The translations under genes were made by a program, and so were the position numbers. DNA of 64,000 nucleotides from Omnitrophica bacterium RIFCSPHIGHO2_02_FULL_51_18 (GTDB lineage: Bacteria; Omnitrophota; Gorgyraeia; 2-02-FULL-51-18): positions 94,785-158,784 of the forward strand of contig MHFI01000036.1 in assembly GCA_001804125.1 (NCBI GenBank). The letters run 5' to 3'. The notes below the pieces were generated by a model. That model made no database searches, was not told the origin of the DNA, and saw only the letters and a list, made by a program, of their open reading frames with translations. This document shows, one piece after another, positions 42,127-50,519 of this stretch (the stretch's first letter is position 1; every line of letters begins with the position of its first letter).

Positions 42127-42682
42127 AATGCCACCTCCCTCTAAAATTTTTACCCAGCACCAATCTCACCACGACCGCGTCCGGGGTGGTTTGGGTGAAC
42201 GATAGATTCGTCGTATACTTCGTCGGATCATAAGCCGGTTGTCCGTTTGGATCGAGCAAAATCGACCAGGTGCCGCCGGCCGTACGGCGGTACTCGATAT
42301 TGCCGTTATTCTGCCGTACGCTGTGCTGGATCCCGTCTACATCCATGTAATCAATCTGCGTCGGAGTGATGACCGCCGTCCGGGCCTCCGCAATTCCGCG
42401 GCGGTTTGCGGTTCCAACCACGTTTTTACCCCAAACCATCTGTTCCACCACCTGACGCGCCTTCGTCGTGATTTCAATGTTCGTCGAATATTCATACCCG
42501 GATCTCTCGAGAAGGTAATTGCAGAAGAAAACCGAGCCCAACAGTACGACGGAAAGCGCGCCTGCCACCATCGTCTCGACGAGGGTCATCCCCTTCTCCG
42601 ACCGCAGCCAATTTAAGCGGCAATAAGCGTATCTACGGAGACGGACATCACTTTCGTTCCTCCGAAAACTTTTTGTGTCCAT
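42086..42682 (-). CDS. type IV pilin-like / pseudopilin protein (prepilin-type N-terminus)
   Basis: It contains ...SEKG-MTLVETMVAGALSVVLLGSV, the class III G|(F/M)TLxE signal followed by a hydrophobic helix. The true start and leader length are uncertain. Confidence 0.65.
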   Translation of the reverse strand: MDTKSFRRNESDVRLRRYAYCRLNWLRSEKGMTLVETMVAGALSVVLLGSVFFCNYLLERSGYEYSTNIEITTKARQVVEQMVWGKNVVGTANRRGIAEARTAVITPTQIDYMDVDGIQHSVRQNNGNIEYRRTAGGTWSILLDPNGQPAYDPTKYTTNLSFTQTTPDAVVVRLVLGKNFRGRWHYGSISTQVAFRNA

Positions 42683-43095
42683 GAAAGCGCCACCCTCACC
42701 GGTAATACCACATCATCGTTCGAGCCGCCCCCGCCGAACGAGTCCACGCTGATCCTGTTCTCAGCTGCATTGCCGTCACCGTCGTAATCCAAAAAATCCC
42801 GGACAGTGACCGTGAGCGTTCCCTGAATGTCATCGGCCGTTCCAAACGTTCCATCGGGTCCGGCATCAAGCGAGACCGTCGTGGTGCTGTTGGCGATTGC
42901 CGTGTAGGCCGTGGCTTTCAGCATTTCGATCTGGCCGCGCACCACCTCCATGGCTTGGATGTGGCGCTTTGACATCATATTCAAGGACTGCACGCCTAAA
43001 TATGCCGCCGTTAGTGCCGCAAAGGAAATGACACTAATCCCAAGCGCAATGACAACCTCCGCCAATGTGAACCCCCTTTTTGAGTAAAGATTCAT
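42613..43095 (-). CDS. type IV pilin-like protein (prepilin-type N-terminus)
   Basis: MNLYSKRG-FTLAEVVIALGISVISFAALTAAYLGV is a canonical prepilin leader with G-1, F+1 and E+5. The start is re-called to the ATG at 43095 behind AAAGAGGG. The track's TTG start at 43155 coincides with the promoter -35. Confidence 0.75.
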   Translation of the reverse strand: MNLYSKRGFTLAEVVIALGISVISFAALTAAYLGVQSLNMMSKRHIQAMEVVRGQIEMLKATAYTAIANSTTTVSLDAGPDGTFGTADDIQGTLTVTVRDFLDYDGDGNAAENRISVDSFGGGGSNDDVVLPVRVALSWTQKVFGGTKVMSVSVDTLIAA

Positions 43096-43126
43096 CGTAT
43101 TATTAAGCCAAACCCTCTTTACTTTT

Positions 43127-43155
43127 AGTATACATCGATATCTATGACTTATCAA
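43127..43155 (-). promoter_or_regulatory. putative sigma70 promoter of the pilin module
   Basis: Minus strand: TTGATA, a 17 nt spacer, then TATACT. This is followed by an AAAGAGGG SD and the pilin ATG. Confidence 0.4.
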
Positions 43156-43265
43156 TGATGGTATAAAAGTAGCTAATTATTAACTTCCTGAGGCGGACCA
43201 GCCTTAGGCTGGCAGCGGGACGCCCCGCCGTATGGCGGGGCGAACCACGTGTGCGGCGATAATTA

Positions 43266-43340
43266 TCGGGATGCAGGGATTTGAACCCTGGACCTCCTGG
43301 TCCCGAACCAGGCGCGCTAGCCAAACTGCGCTACATCCCG
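43266..43340 (-). tRNA. tRNA-Pro (anticodon CGG)
   Basis: 75 nt: CGGGATGTAGCGCAGTTTGGCTAGCGCGCCTGGTTCGGGACCAGGAGGTCCAGGGTTCAAATCCCTGCATCCCGA. It folds into a cloverleaf with a 7 bp acceptor stem, the anticodon loop TTCGGGA and a GTTCAAATC T-loop. No CCA is encoded. Confidence 0.85.
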
Positions 43341-43352
43341 TAAATGCCGTGA

Positions 43353-43748
43353 TTATAATCGAGAGGCGTGCTGATGTAAATCTTTTAAACGAGAACCGCC
43401 CCCCTCTTCCTGCAAAGCCTTGTATATCAAAATCTGGGTTTTCATAGACCGCCGCTCCAGGATCCATTTAAATCCAAAAAGCAGCGTTAAGACCAGAAAT
43501 TGGAAGAAGTAAGGGCGAAAAAGAAAGGACGCTAAAAACATCGTGACGGCCAAGCCCAGCCACAACCCGTTCCACAGCATTTGCCGGGTCAGAGGTTTTT
43601 TAAAGGGGGTAATGGGCTTTCCGCAATGCGGGCAAACCATGCCGCCTTTCATTAAATCCTTGGCTTTTTGCAAAGCCGCCTCCGGCACTTTTTCCGCATC
43701 CACGGCGTTTTCAACGTGCTTTTTGATTATAGAATCCAGCTCATCCAT
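43353..43748 (-). CDS. zinc-ribbon membrane protein, possible anti-sigma factor
   Basis: 131 aa. It has a soluble N-terminus with CPHCGKP followed by two TM segments. It lies immediately downstream of an ECF sigma gene. Confidence 0.45.
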   Translation of the reverse strand: MDELDSIIKKHVENAVDAEKVPEAALQKAKDLMKGGMVCPHCGKPITPFKKPLTRQMLWNGLWLGLAVTMFLASFLFRPYFFQFLVLTLLFGFKWILERRSMKTQILIYKALQEEGGGSRLKDLHQHASRL

Positions 43749-43783
43749 AAAATGTTCCTTACTCTACTAGACGACAAGCCACT

Positions 43784-44350
43784 CTATTTCCGTTCATTAA
43801 ATTTAACTTTTATCTTATCTTTTGCTCTTCTAACAACTGTCGAGACCGTGTCTTCCGAAACGCCAAGAATATTTCCTACCTCCCGGAATGTCAGCTCGTC
43901 GAAATAATGAAGCTCCACGCAAGCGCGCTCCTTGGGCGACAGCTCGCCTAAAATGCCCTCAATCATCTCAGATTCTTCCTCGGCGAAAACGCGCGGCGCG
44001 GCGCTCCGGGCCAGGACGCTCTCAGGGACTTCGCCCAACACGACCCTTTTTTCGAAACGTCCTGCCGCTTTTGCTTTGTCAAGCGCCGCATGACAAGACA
44101 TGACACTTAAGAATTTTCGAATGCTCTGGGCACTTTGCAGTTTCTTCAACTCTTCTTTTTCAATGAGCCGTTCAAAGATCTCCTGAAAGATCTCCTGGAT
44201 CAGTTCTTCGCGGTTTGCGAACGCGAACGCCAGAAGCGTCTTCCGGATGCTCCAGTAAATGAGTTTCGAAAACCGCTCCACAAAAAGGTCCCACGCCCTC
44301 TTGTTCTTTTCGATGCACGCTTGAATAAGCTCGGAGTCGTTAAGTTCCAA
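43784..44350 (-). CDS. RNA polymerase sigma factor, ECF (sigma-70 family)
   Basis: 188 aa. It has region 2 (WDLFVERFSKLIYWSIRK) and region 4 (LSPKERACVELHYFDELTFREVGNILGVSEDTV). Confidence 0.85.
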   Translation of the reverse strand: MELNDSELIQACIEKNKRAWDLFVERFSKLIYWSIRKTLLAFAFANREELIQEIFQEIFERLIEKEELKKLQSAQSIRKFLSVMSCHAALDKAKAAGRFEKRVVLGEVPESVLARSAAPRVFAEEESEMIEGILGELSPKERACVELHYFDELTFREVGNILGVSEDTVSTVVRRAKDKIKVKFNERK

Positions 44351-45149
44351 TCTTTACGTTTTTCAGGATTCTTTCAAGCGTCGCAACCGCCGAGAAAATG
44401 GCCAGGCGGCTGGTTTTGGGGTTTTGCTCAGCGGGAAAATTTTCGGAACGCGTATAAAAGGATCCGAAATCACCCTGCACATAAAGTTCGTGCACGTTGA
44501 CGAGCATGTGGGGACAGGCGATGATCCGCACCTTGGTTCTTTGGGCACCCAGGCCCGCCACGCTCAAAGTCGCGGACACATTGATGTTTTTCGGAAAGCC
44601 CTTGACGGCCGCGGCGGCGTTTCCTTCAAACAACACCTTCTCTTCCTTCAAATTTTTCAAATTAATTTTATGCTTCAGCACATACGGGGCATCGTCAAAT
44701 CCGTGCGGAGGCTTGCGCGTCGTGAGAGTCACGCGATAGATCTTCCCGACCCGTGCGGCCTTCAGGCCGTCGATCCCGACCACGCCGCCGCTGGGGAGGT
44801 ACAGGCAGCAGCGGTGAGTCCTGGCCAGGTCAAACAGCTCTTTCTCTTTACCCAGGATCCCGCCGACGCTCATCACCATCACGTCTTTCCCGATCGAAAG
44901 CGCTTTTTTGGCGATTTCATAAGCCGCCTGCTTCGAAGCGGATTCAATAATCAGGTCGCAGCGCCCGATCAGCTCATCCACCGGGAAGATTTGGGGTTTC
45001 GGGCGCAGTTTTTGCTGCAGTTTTTTGGCGTGTGACGGCTCCTGATCGTCGAGTGCCAGAAGCGTCACCTCGTCTGAAAAACGCCGTTGGCACGCCAGCG
45101 CAAGTTCCTGGCCGATCGTGCCGCAACCGATGATGCCGACCTTTATCAT
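44340..45149 (-). CDS. nadX: L-aspartate dehydrogenase
   Basis: 269 aa. It carries the Rossmann motif MIKVGIIGCGTIG and belongs to the Asp-dehydrogenase (DUF108) family. Confidence 0.75.
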   Translation of the reverse strand: MIKVGIIGCGTIGQELALACQRRFSDEVTLLALDDQEPSHAKKLQQKLRPKPQIFPVDELIGRCDLIIESASKQAAYEIAKKALSIGKDVMVMSVGGILGKEKELFDLARTHRCCLYLPSGGVVGIDGLKAARVGKIYRVTLTTRKPPHGFDDAPYVLKHKINLKNLKEEKVLFEGNAAAAVKGFPKNINVSATLSVAGLGAQRTKVRIIACPHMLVNVHELYVQGDFGSFYTRSENFPAEQNPKTSRLAIFSAVATLERILKNVKIGT

Positions 45150-45155
45150 GCGAGC

Positions 45156-45512
45156 CTACCTTTTCCTTTTTATCCTGTTTTTTTCGTCTACAAAAATCAC
45201 CCGGGGCTTGTGGCGTTTGGTTTCGGCGGGCCTCATAAGCGCGTAGGAAATAATGATCACCTTATCCCCCACTTCGGCCCAGCGCGCGGCGGCGCCGTTC
45301 ATGCAAATCGTGCCGGAGCCGGGACGCCCTTCCAGTACGTAAGTCTCGACGCGTGTGCCGTTGTGGAGATTCACGATCTGGACGCGCTCAAAAGAACAAA
45401 TGTTTGACGCCTTTAGAAGCTCCTTATCGATCGTGATGGAGCCGGTGTATTGAAGGTTGGCCTCGGTGACCGTGGCGCCGTGAATCTTGGATTTCATCAG
45501 AATCTTGAGCAT
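45156..45512 (-). CDS. panD: aspartate 1-decarboxylase
   Basis: 118 aa. It has [25 protein letters not shown] with the G-S self-cleavage site. Confidence 0.9.
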   Translation of the reverse strand: [118 protein letters not shown]

Positions 45513-45514
45513 GG

Positions 45515-46366
45515 CTAACCCCTTATAAGCACGTTGTCAATCAGCCTGGTTTTACCGAAAAACACGGCGATCGCGGCTAAAATTTTTGAGCCTGGCTTTA
45601 ATCTTATCACAGACTCGAGGCTTTGGGCATCGACAATTTCCAGGTAGTCAAGGCGCGCGTGCGGAGCCAGTTTTAAGATTTCCAGCGCCCGCTGTTTGAG
45701 CTTGGAGGCATCATGAAACCCGGACTTTACAAGCCTTTCCACCTCTTCCAGCGACCGGCGGATAAACGGCGCTTCGCGCCGTTCGGTGCGCGACAAAAAA
45801 ATATTGCGTGAGCTCATAGCCAGACCATCCGCTTCGCGCACGATCGGGGCCGCTTTGACCCGGCACGGAAAATCCATGTCCCTCACCATCTGCTCGATGA
45901 CCCGGAACTGCTGATAATCCTTCTGCCCGAGATACAGCGTCCGGGGCATCACGATGTTCAAAAGCTTCAGCACCCCGGTGGCGACGCCCGTAAAATGGGT
46001 TGGCCGTGCCGCACCGCATAGCGGCCTGGAAAGACGGCTTAAGCTGACGGATGTCTCGAAATCTTCCGGGTAAAATTCTTTGGGCAAAGGGGCAAAAATA
46101 AAATCGGCCTTCTCCTTCTTCAGGAGCCTTGAATCCCGCGCCAAATCTCTCGGGTACCTCCAGAAATCTTCTTTCGGGCCGAACTGAAGCGGATTCACAA
46201 AGATGCTGACCACCACCGCCTTGTTTTCTTCCCGGGCCAAGCGCACCAGCGACAGGTGCCCTTCATGCAGAGAACCCATGGTCGGCACAAAACCGATTTT
46301 CTTATTTTTCTTCCGGAAGGAAACGAGCGCGCCCTTAAGCGCTTCGGAACTTCGAAACGTTTTCAT
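45515..46366 (-). CDS. panC: pantoate--beta-alanine ligase
   Basis: 283 aa. It carries PTMGSLHEGHLSLV (HIGH-type motif). Confidence 0.9.
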   Translation of the reverse strand: MKTFRSSEALKGALVSFRKKNKKIGFVPTMGSLHEGHLSLVRLAREENKAVVVSIFVNPLQFGPKEDFWRYPRDLARDSRLLKKEKADFIFAPLPKEFYPEDFETSVSLSRLSRPLCGAARPTHFTGVATGVLKLLNIVMPRTLYLGQKDYQQFRVIEQMVRDMDFPCRVKAAPIVREADGLAMSSRNIFLSRTERREAPFIRRSLEEVERLVKSGFHDASKLKQRALEILKLAPHARLDYLEIVDAQSLESVIRLKPGSKILAAIAVFFGKTRLIDNVLIRG

Positions 46367-46814
46367 CGTAAAGTTCTTTCACGCTCTTGCCAAGCCGCGG
46401 ATGAATAAAATCGGGCGCAATTTCAAGAAGCGGCTTCAGAACAAACTCCCGCTCGTGAAGCCTGGGATGAGGGATCGTCAAGCTCTTTCCGTCCACGATC
46501 ACGACATCGTCATAAAAAAGAATGTCCAGATCCACCGGACGCGGGCCGCTGGGCTCTTGCTTCACCCGGCCCAGGCGCCGTTCAATGCCCTTTAATTTCG
46601 AAAGAAGCTCCAGTGGCAAAAGATCCGTTTCGATTTTCAAAGCGCCGTTTAAAAAATCGCCCTGGCGGGGGCCGCCTTCCGGCTTTGTTTCAATCAGCGC
46701 GGACAAGCTAAGAAGCTGAACATCCGGAATTTCTTTCAAAAGAGAAACGGCCTTGTCAATATTGGCCTGACGGTCCCCAAGATTGGAGCCTATTCCCAGC
46801 AAAACAATCGCCAC
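46335..46814 (-). CDS. folK: 6-hydroxymethyl-7,8-dihydropterin pyrophosphokinase
   Basis: 159 aa. It begins VLLGIGSNLGDR and carries PVDLDIL, as in HPPK. Confidence 0.85.
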   Translation of the reverse strand: MAIVLLGIGSNLGDRQANIDKAVSLLKEIPDVQLLSLSALIETKPEGGPRQGDFLNGALKIETDLLPLELLSKLKGIERRLGRVKQEPSGPRPVDLDILFYDDVVIVDGKSLTIPHPRLHEREFVLKPLLEIAPDFIHPRLGKSVKELYDENVSKFRSA

Positions 46815-46824
46815 CCAAACCCTC

Positions 46825-47997
46825 CTAGAGCGCCTTTTTCATGCGGGCAACGGCTTCTCGTATTTCAGGCTCAGCCACCGTGAGCGCAAAACGCACATAG
46901 CCTTCGCCCGACGGGCCGAAACCCACGCCCGGCGTTGCCACAATCCCCGCCTTTTCCAGCAGGTGCTTGCAAAACGCGGTGGAGTCTGTCTGGCCGCCAG
47001 GCAGGCGCGTAAATAAATAAAAAGTGGCGGGGTTGGGCTTCACCGGAAAACCCAGACGCTTAAGCCCGGCCGCCAAAAGATCCCGCCGCTTACGATAAAC
47101 CCTATTGGTCTTCTTGGAAAAGCTGAAACTCTTCTTAAGCGCCACGGCGGCCGTTTTCTGGATCGCCGTAAAAGCGCCGGAGTCCACGTTGGATTTGACC
47201 TTGAGAAGTGCTGTGATAACTTCCTCCCGGCCGACCGCAAACCCGATCCTCCAGCTCGTCATGTTGCAAGTCTTTGAGAGTGAGTGGAATTCTATCGCCA
47301 CTTCCCTGGCGCCCCCCACTTCAAAAATACTTAAAGGCGTTTCACGCCCGAAATAAACCTCCGAATAGGCCAGGTCCGAGGCGATCAGTATCTGGTTTTC
47401 CCTCGCCCAGGCCACGAGCTTCCGGTAAAAAGCCTTCGGCGCCACAGCGCCCGTCGGATTATTCGGGTAATTCACAAACACAAGCTTGGTCGATCTAAGC
47501 ACGTCTTTGGAAACAGAATCCAAATCCGGCAAGAAACCGTTTTTTTCCTTCAAAGGCAAGGCATGAATACGGCCGCCCGCGAAAAGAACCCCGCTCCTGT
47601 ACGGCGGATAACCGGGGTCCGGCACGAGCGCCGTATCCCCGGGATTGATGTAAGCCAACGGCAAATGAGCGATTCCTTCCTTGGAGCCAATAAGCGGCAA
47701 CACTTCCGTGTCCGGATCCCAAGAAACGCCGAATCTTTTTTTAAACCATGCGCCGATCGACCGGCGAAACTCCGAATGGCCCCGATCGAGCGGATAGTGG
47801 TGATTGGAAGGGTCATTCACGGCCTTCCGCATCGCGTTCAGGACAAATGAGGGAGTCGGCTTGTCCGGATCGCCGATGCCGAAGTCAATGACTTTGACAC
47901 CCTCCCCCATGGCCCGGCGCTTCATGCGGTCAATCTCCACGAAAAGATAGGGTGGGAGACTTTTTAGCCGGTGGGATTCCTCAAGAAAAAAACTCAC
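46825..47997 (-). CDS. PLP-dependent aminotransferase, LL-diaminopimelate aminotransferase (DapL)-like
   Basis: 390 aa fold-type I aminotransferase. The N-terminus LPPYLFVEIDRMK...IDFGIGDPDKPTP resembles the DapL GYLFPEI...ISLGIGDTTEP motif. It sits at the head of a dapB-dapA-dapF-lysA run. Confidence 0.65.
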   Translation of the reverse strand: MSFFLEESHRLKSLPPYLFVEIDRMKRRAMGEGVKVIDFGIGDPDKPTPSFVLNAMRKAVNDPSNHHYPLDRGHSEFRRSIGAWFKKRFGVSWDPDTEVLPLIGSKEGIAHLPLAYINPGDTALVPDPGYPPYRSGVLFAGGRIHALPLKEKNGFLPDLDSVSKDVLRSTKLVFVNYPNNPTGAVAPKAFYRKLVAWARENQILIASDLAYSEVYFGRETPLSIFEVGGAREVAIEFHSLSKTCNMTSWRIGFAVGREEVITALLKVKSNVDSGAFTAIQKTAAVALKKSFSFSKKTNRVYRKRRDLLAAGLKRLGFPVKPNPATFYLFTRLPGGQTDSTAFCKHLLEKAGIVATPGVGFGPSGEGYVRFALTVAEPEIREAVARMKKAL

Positions 47998-48797
47998 TTC
48001 AATGCATCCAGCATCGAATAAAGGCCCCGCTTTTGGCGGGCCGCGAAAAACGCCGCGACAAGCGCGCCGCGCGCGAAGGCATCGCGGGACTGCGCGCGGT
48101 GGGTGATCTCGATCGTCTCCCCGGGACCGCTGAAAATCACGGTGTGCTCCCCCACGATATCGCCGGCACGCACCACATGGATCCCGATTTCATTCTTGGG
48201 CCGATCGCCCATCATCCCCTCCCGGCCGTACTTAGCCACGCGGGCGAGGTCCCATCCTTTTTCTTTGGCGATCACCTCGGCGATTCTCCTGGCGGTGCCG
48301 CTCGGTGCGTCCTTTTTGAAGCGGTGATGCCGCTCGATGATTTCAATGTCGTAACCTTCCTTGAGTTTCGCGGCGGAGAGCCGTGAAAGCTCGAACAAAC
48401 AGTTGGCGCCGATGCTCATGTTCGGGGAAAAAACAATCGGAATTTTTTTTGAGGCGCTCCTGATATTTTCCTCAAGTTTCTTATCGAGGCCTGTGGTGCC
48501 GACCACGATCCCCGCCCCCACGGCCAACGCCGCCGCGAGCGCGGTCCGTGTGCCTTCGGGGCTCGAAAAATCAATCAACACGTCACAACCTTTAAGGCAG
48601 GCCGGCGACAGCTTGGATATCTTTATCTTGAGGAGCTTGCCCAAGCCAAGCGCCGGGCCCAGGTCATGACCGAGCATTTCACTGCCCTCAGGCTCAAACG
48701 CGGCCGTAATCTTAAAATCCTCGGCCGACTTATAAGCCAGGTTTAAAATTCTGGACCCCATGCGCCCTAACGCCCCGTTCACCGCAAGTTTTATCAT
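47994..48797 (-). CDS. dapB: 4-hydroxy-tetrahydrodipicolinate reductase
   Basis: 267 aa. It carries IKLAVNGALGRMG and EIIERHHRFKKDAPSGTA. Confidence 0.9.
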   Translation of the reverse strand: MIKLAVNGALGRMGSRILNLAYKSAEDFKITAAFEPEGSEMLGHDLGPALGLGKLLKIKISKLSPACLKGCDVLIDFSSPEGTRTALAAALAVGAGIVVGTTGLDKKLEENIRSASKKIPIVFSPNMSIGANCLFELSRLSAAKLKEGYDIEIIERHHRFKKDAPSGTARRIAEVIAKEKGWDLARVAKYGREGMMGDRPKNEIGIHVVRAGDIVGEHTVIFSGPGETIEITHRAQSRDAFARGALVAAFFAARQKRGLYSMLDALK

Positions 48798-49681
48798 CTC
48801 CCGTGACCTTTCAATTTCAGCCCGTAGTCCTTCATGGCTTGAATAAGCATTTTTTCATTTTCTGGCTTCATCGCGCAAAGCGGAAGGCGAAGCTCGCCGC
48901 CCGAAAGTCCCAAGAGCGCCATCGCGCGCTTCACCGGAATCGGGTTTGTTTCGATGAATAGTGCGCGGCACAACGGAAAAAGCCGGTAGTGAATCTCGCG
49001 CGCCTTCGGGTAATTGCCGGCGAAAAACTCGTCCACCATCTGCGCCACCGCGTTTGGCACCACATTAGAAATCACGGAAATCACCCCTTTCGCCCCCAGC
49101 GCCAACAGCGGAAGCGTCAGAGAATCATCGCCGCTCAAGACCGTGATACCGCAGAGCGACAGGATATGAGAGGCCTGGTCCATGTTTCCGGTCGATTCTT
49201 TGATTCCCACGATATTGGGAATCCTGGAAAGACGCGCGACGGTTTCGGGCGTCAGGCTGCAGCCAGCCCGGCCCGGGATGTTGTAAAGAATAATCGGGAT
49301 GTCCACGGCCTTTGCGATCGCCGCAAAGTGCCGGTAAAGCCCTTCCTGGGTGGGTTTATTGTAATAAGGAATCACGGAGAGCGAAGCGTCCGACCCCGCC
49401 TTTTTTGCAAATCGCGTGAGAGAAATCGCCTCCTCAGTGCTGTTGGAGCCGGTGCCGGCGATCACGGGCACCTGGCGGTTCGCCGCTTCCACGACAATCT
49501 CAATTACGCGCTCGTGCTCTTTGTGCGAAAGCGTCGGCGACTCACCCGTGGTCCCCGCGGGAACCAACCCGTCCGTTCCTTCCGCAATCTGGCGGCGGAC
49601 AAGCCTCCCCAGTGTTTTCTCATCCACTTTGCCGTTCTTAAACGGCGTGATAAGCGCCGTCATCGACCCATGAAATTTCAT
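48794..49681 (-). CDS. dapA: 4-hydroxy-tetrahydrodipicolinate synthase
   Basis: 295 aa. It carries TALITPF and GTTGES and has a TIM-barrel DapA architecture. Confidence 0.9.
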   Translation of the reverse strand: MKFHGSMTALITPFKNGKVDEKTLGRLVRRQIAEGTDGLVPAGTTGESPTLSHKEHERVIEIVVEAANRQVPVIAGTGSNSTEEAISLTRFAKKAGSDASLSVIPYYNKPTQEGLYRHFAAIAKAVDIPIILYNIPGRAGCSLTPETVARLSRIPNIVGIKESTGNMDQASHILSLCGITVLSGDDSLTLPLLALGAKGVISVISNVVPNAVAQMVDEFFAGNYPKAREIHYRLFPLCRALFIETNPIPVKRAMALLGLSGGELRLPLCAMKPENEKMLIQAMKDYGLKLKGHGR

Positions 49682-50508
49682 AGATTCACGCTCCCCTCAA
49701 AACTGACCGTCACCGGACCTTCCAAATACACGTCATAAAACCGGCCCCCTTTTCTCGAAAAATAAACCTTCAGAATCTCACCGGACTCTGTTTTGACAAA
49801 CACGGGCGACGGGTACCCTTTCAAAGCGGCCGCCACGAGCGCCCCGGCTGTCGAACCCGTCCCGCAGGAGAGCGTCTCAGATTCAATACCGCGCTCATAA
49901 GTGCGGATCTCAATCGCGTTTGGGGTCCCGCCCGCCTTTTTAAACGAAATAAAATCCACATTCGTGCCCTGCGGCGCAAAATGCGGGTGAAAACAAATTT
50001 CCTTCCCCAAACCGCTGACATCCGTATCCTCAAGCGAATCCAGCACCATCACCGCGTGCGGAACACCGGTGTCGATAAAATTCAGGTTTTTTGGCCCGCC
50101 GTTGACATTCACAGAAAAATTAAGCTTCAAATCTCTGGGATCCGTCAGACGCGCCTTCACGATATTTTTCCTGACTTCCACGGTGACAATGCCGGCGGCT
50201 GTTTCAATCGACATTTTGCGCTTCGTGATTTTTTTATCTGCGGCCAGCTTTGCCAGGCATCGCACGCCGTTGCCGCACATCTCGGCCTCGCTCCCGTCCG
50301 GATTAAAAATCCGCATGCGGAGTTCCGCTTTTTTCGACTTCTCCAGAAGAACCAGGCCGTCGGCACCGATAGAGCGTTTGCGGTCGCAAAGTTTTCTGGC
50401 AGATCCGGCGGGGTTGGCCCCAAGAATCCCGGAGCGGTTGTCCACGATCACAAAGTCGTTGCCGGCGCCCGCCATTTTAGTGAAAGATATTATTTTCATA
50501 GCCCTCAC
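49678..50508 (-). CDS. dapF: diaminopimelate epimerase
   Basis: 276 aa. It carries FTKMAGAGNDFV and both catalytic Cys (MCGNG, SCGTG). Confidence 0.9.
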   Translation of the reverse strand: MRAMKIISFTKMAGAGNDFVIVDNRSGILGANPAGSARKLCDRKRSIGADGLVLLEKSKKAELRMRIFNPDGSEAEMCGNGVRCLAKLAADKKITKRKMSIETAAGIVTVEVRKNIVKARLTDPRDLKLNFSVNVNGGPKNLNFIDTGVPHAVMVLDSLEDTDVSGLGKEICFHPHFAPQGTNVDFISFKKAGGTPNAIEIRTYERGIESETLSCGTGSTAGALVAAALKGYPSPVFVKTESGEILKVYFSRKGGRFYDVYLEGPVTVSFEGSVNL

Positions 50509-50519
50509 AATGGCACATA

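Noticed and set aside
43204-43260. GC hairpin CGCCCCGCC-GTAT-GGCGGGGCG next to tRNA-Pro as a Rho-independent terminator
   Set aside because: No U-tract follows on either strand. It may be a processing or stability stem, so it was not called a terminator.
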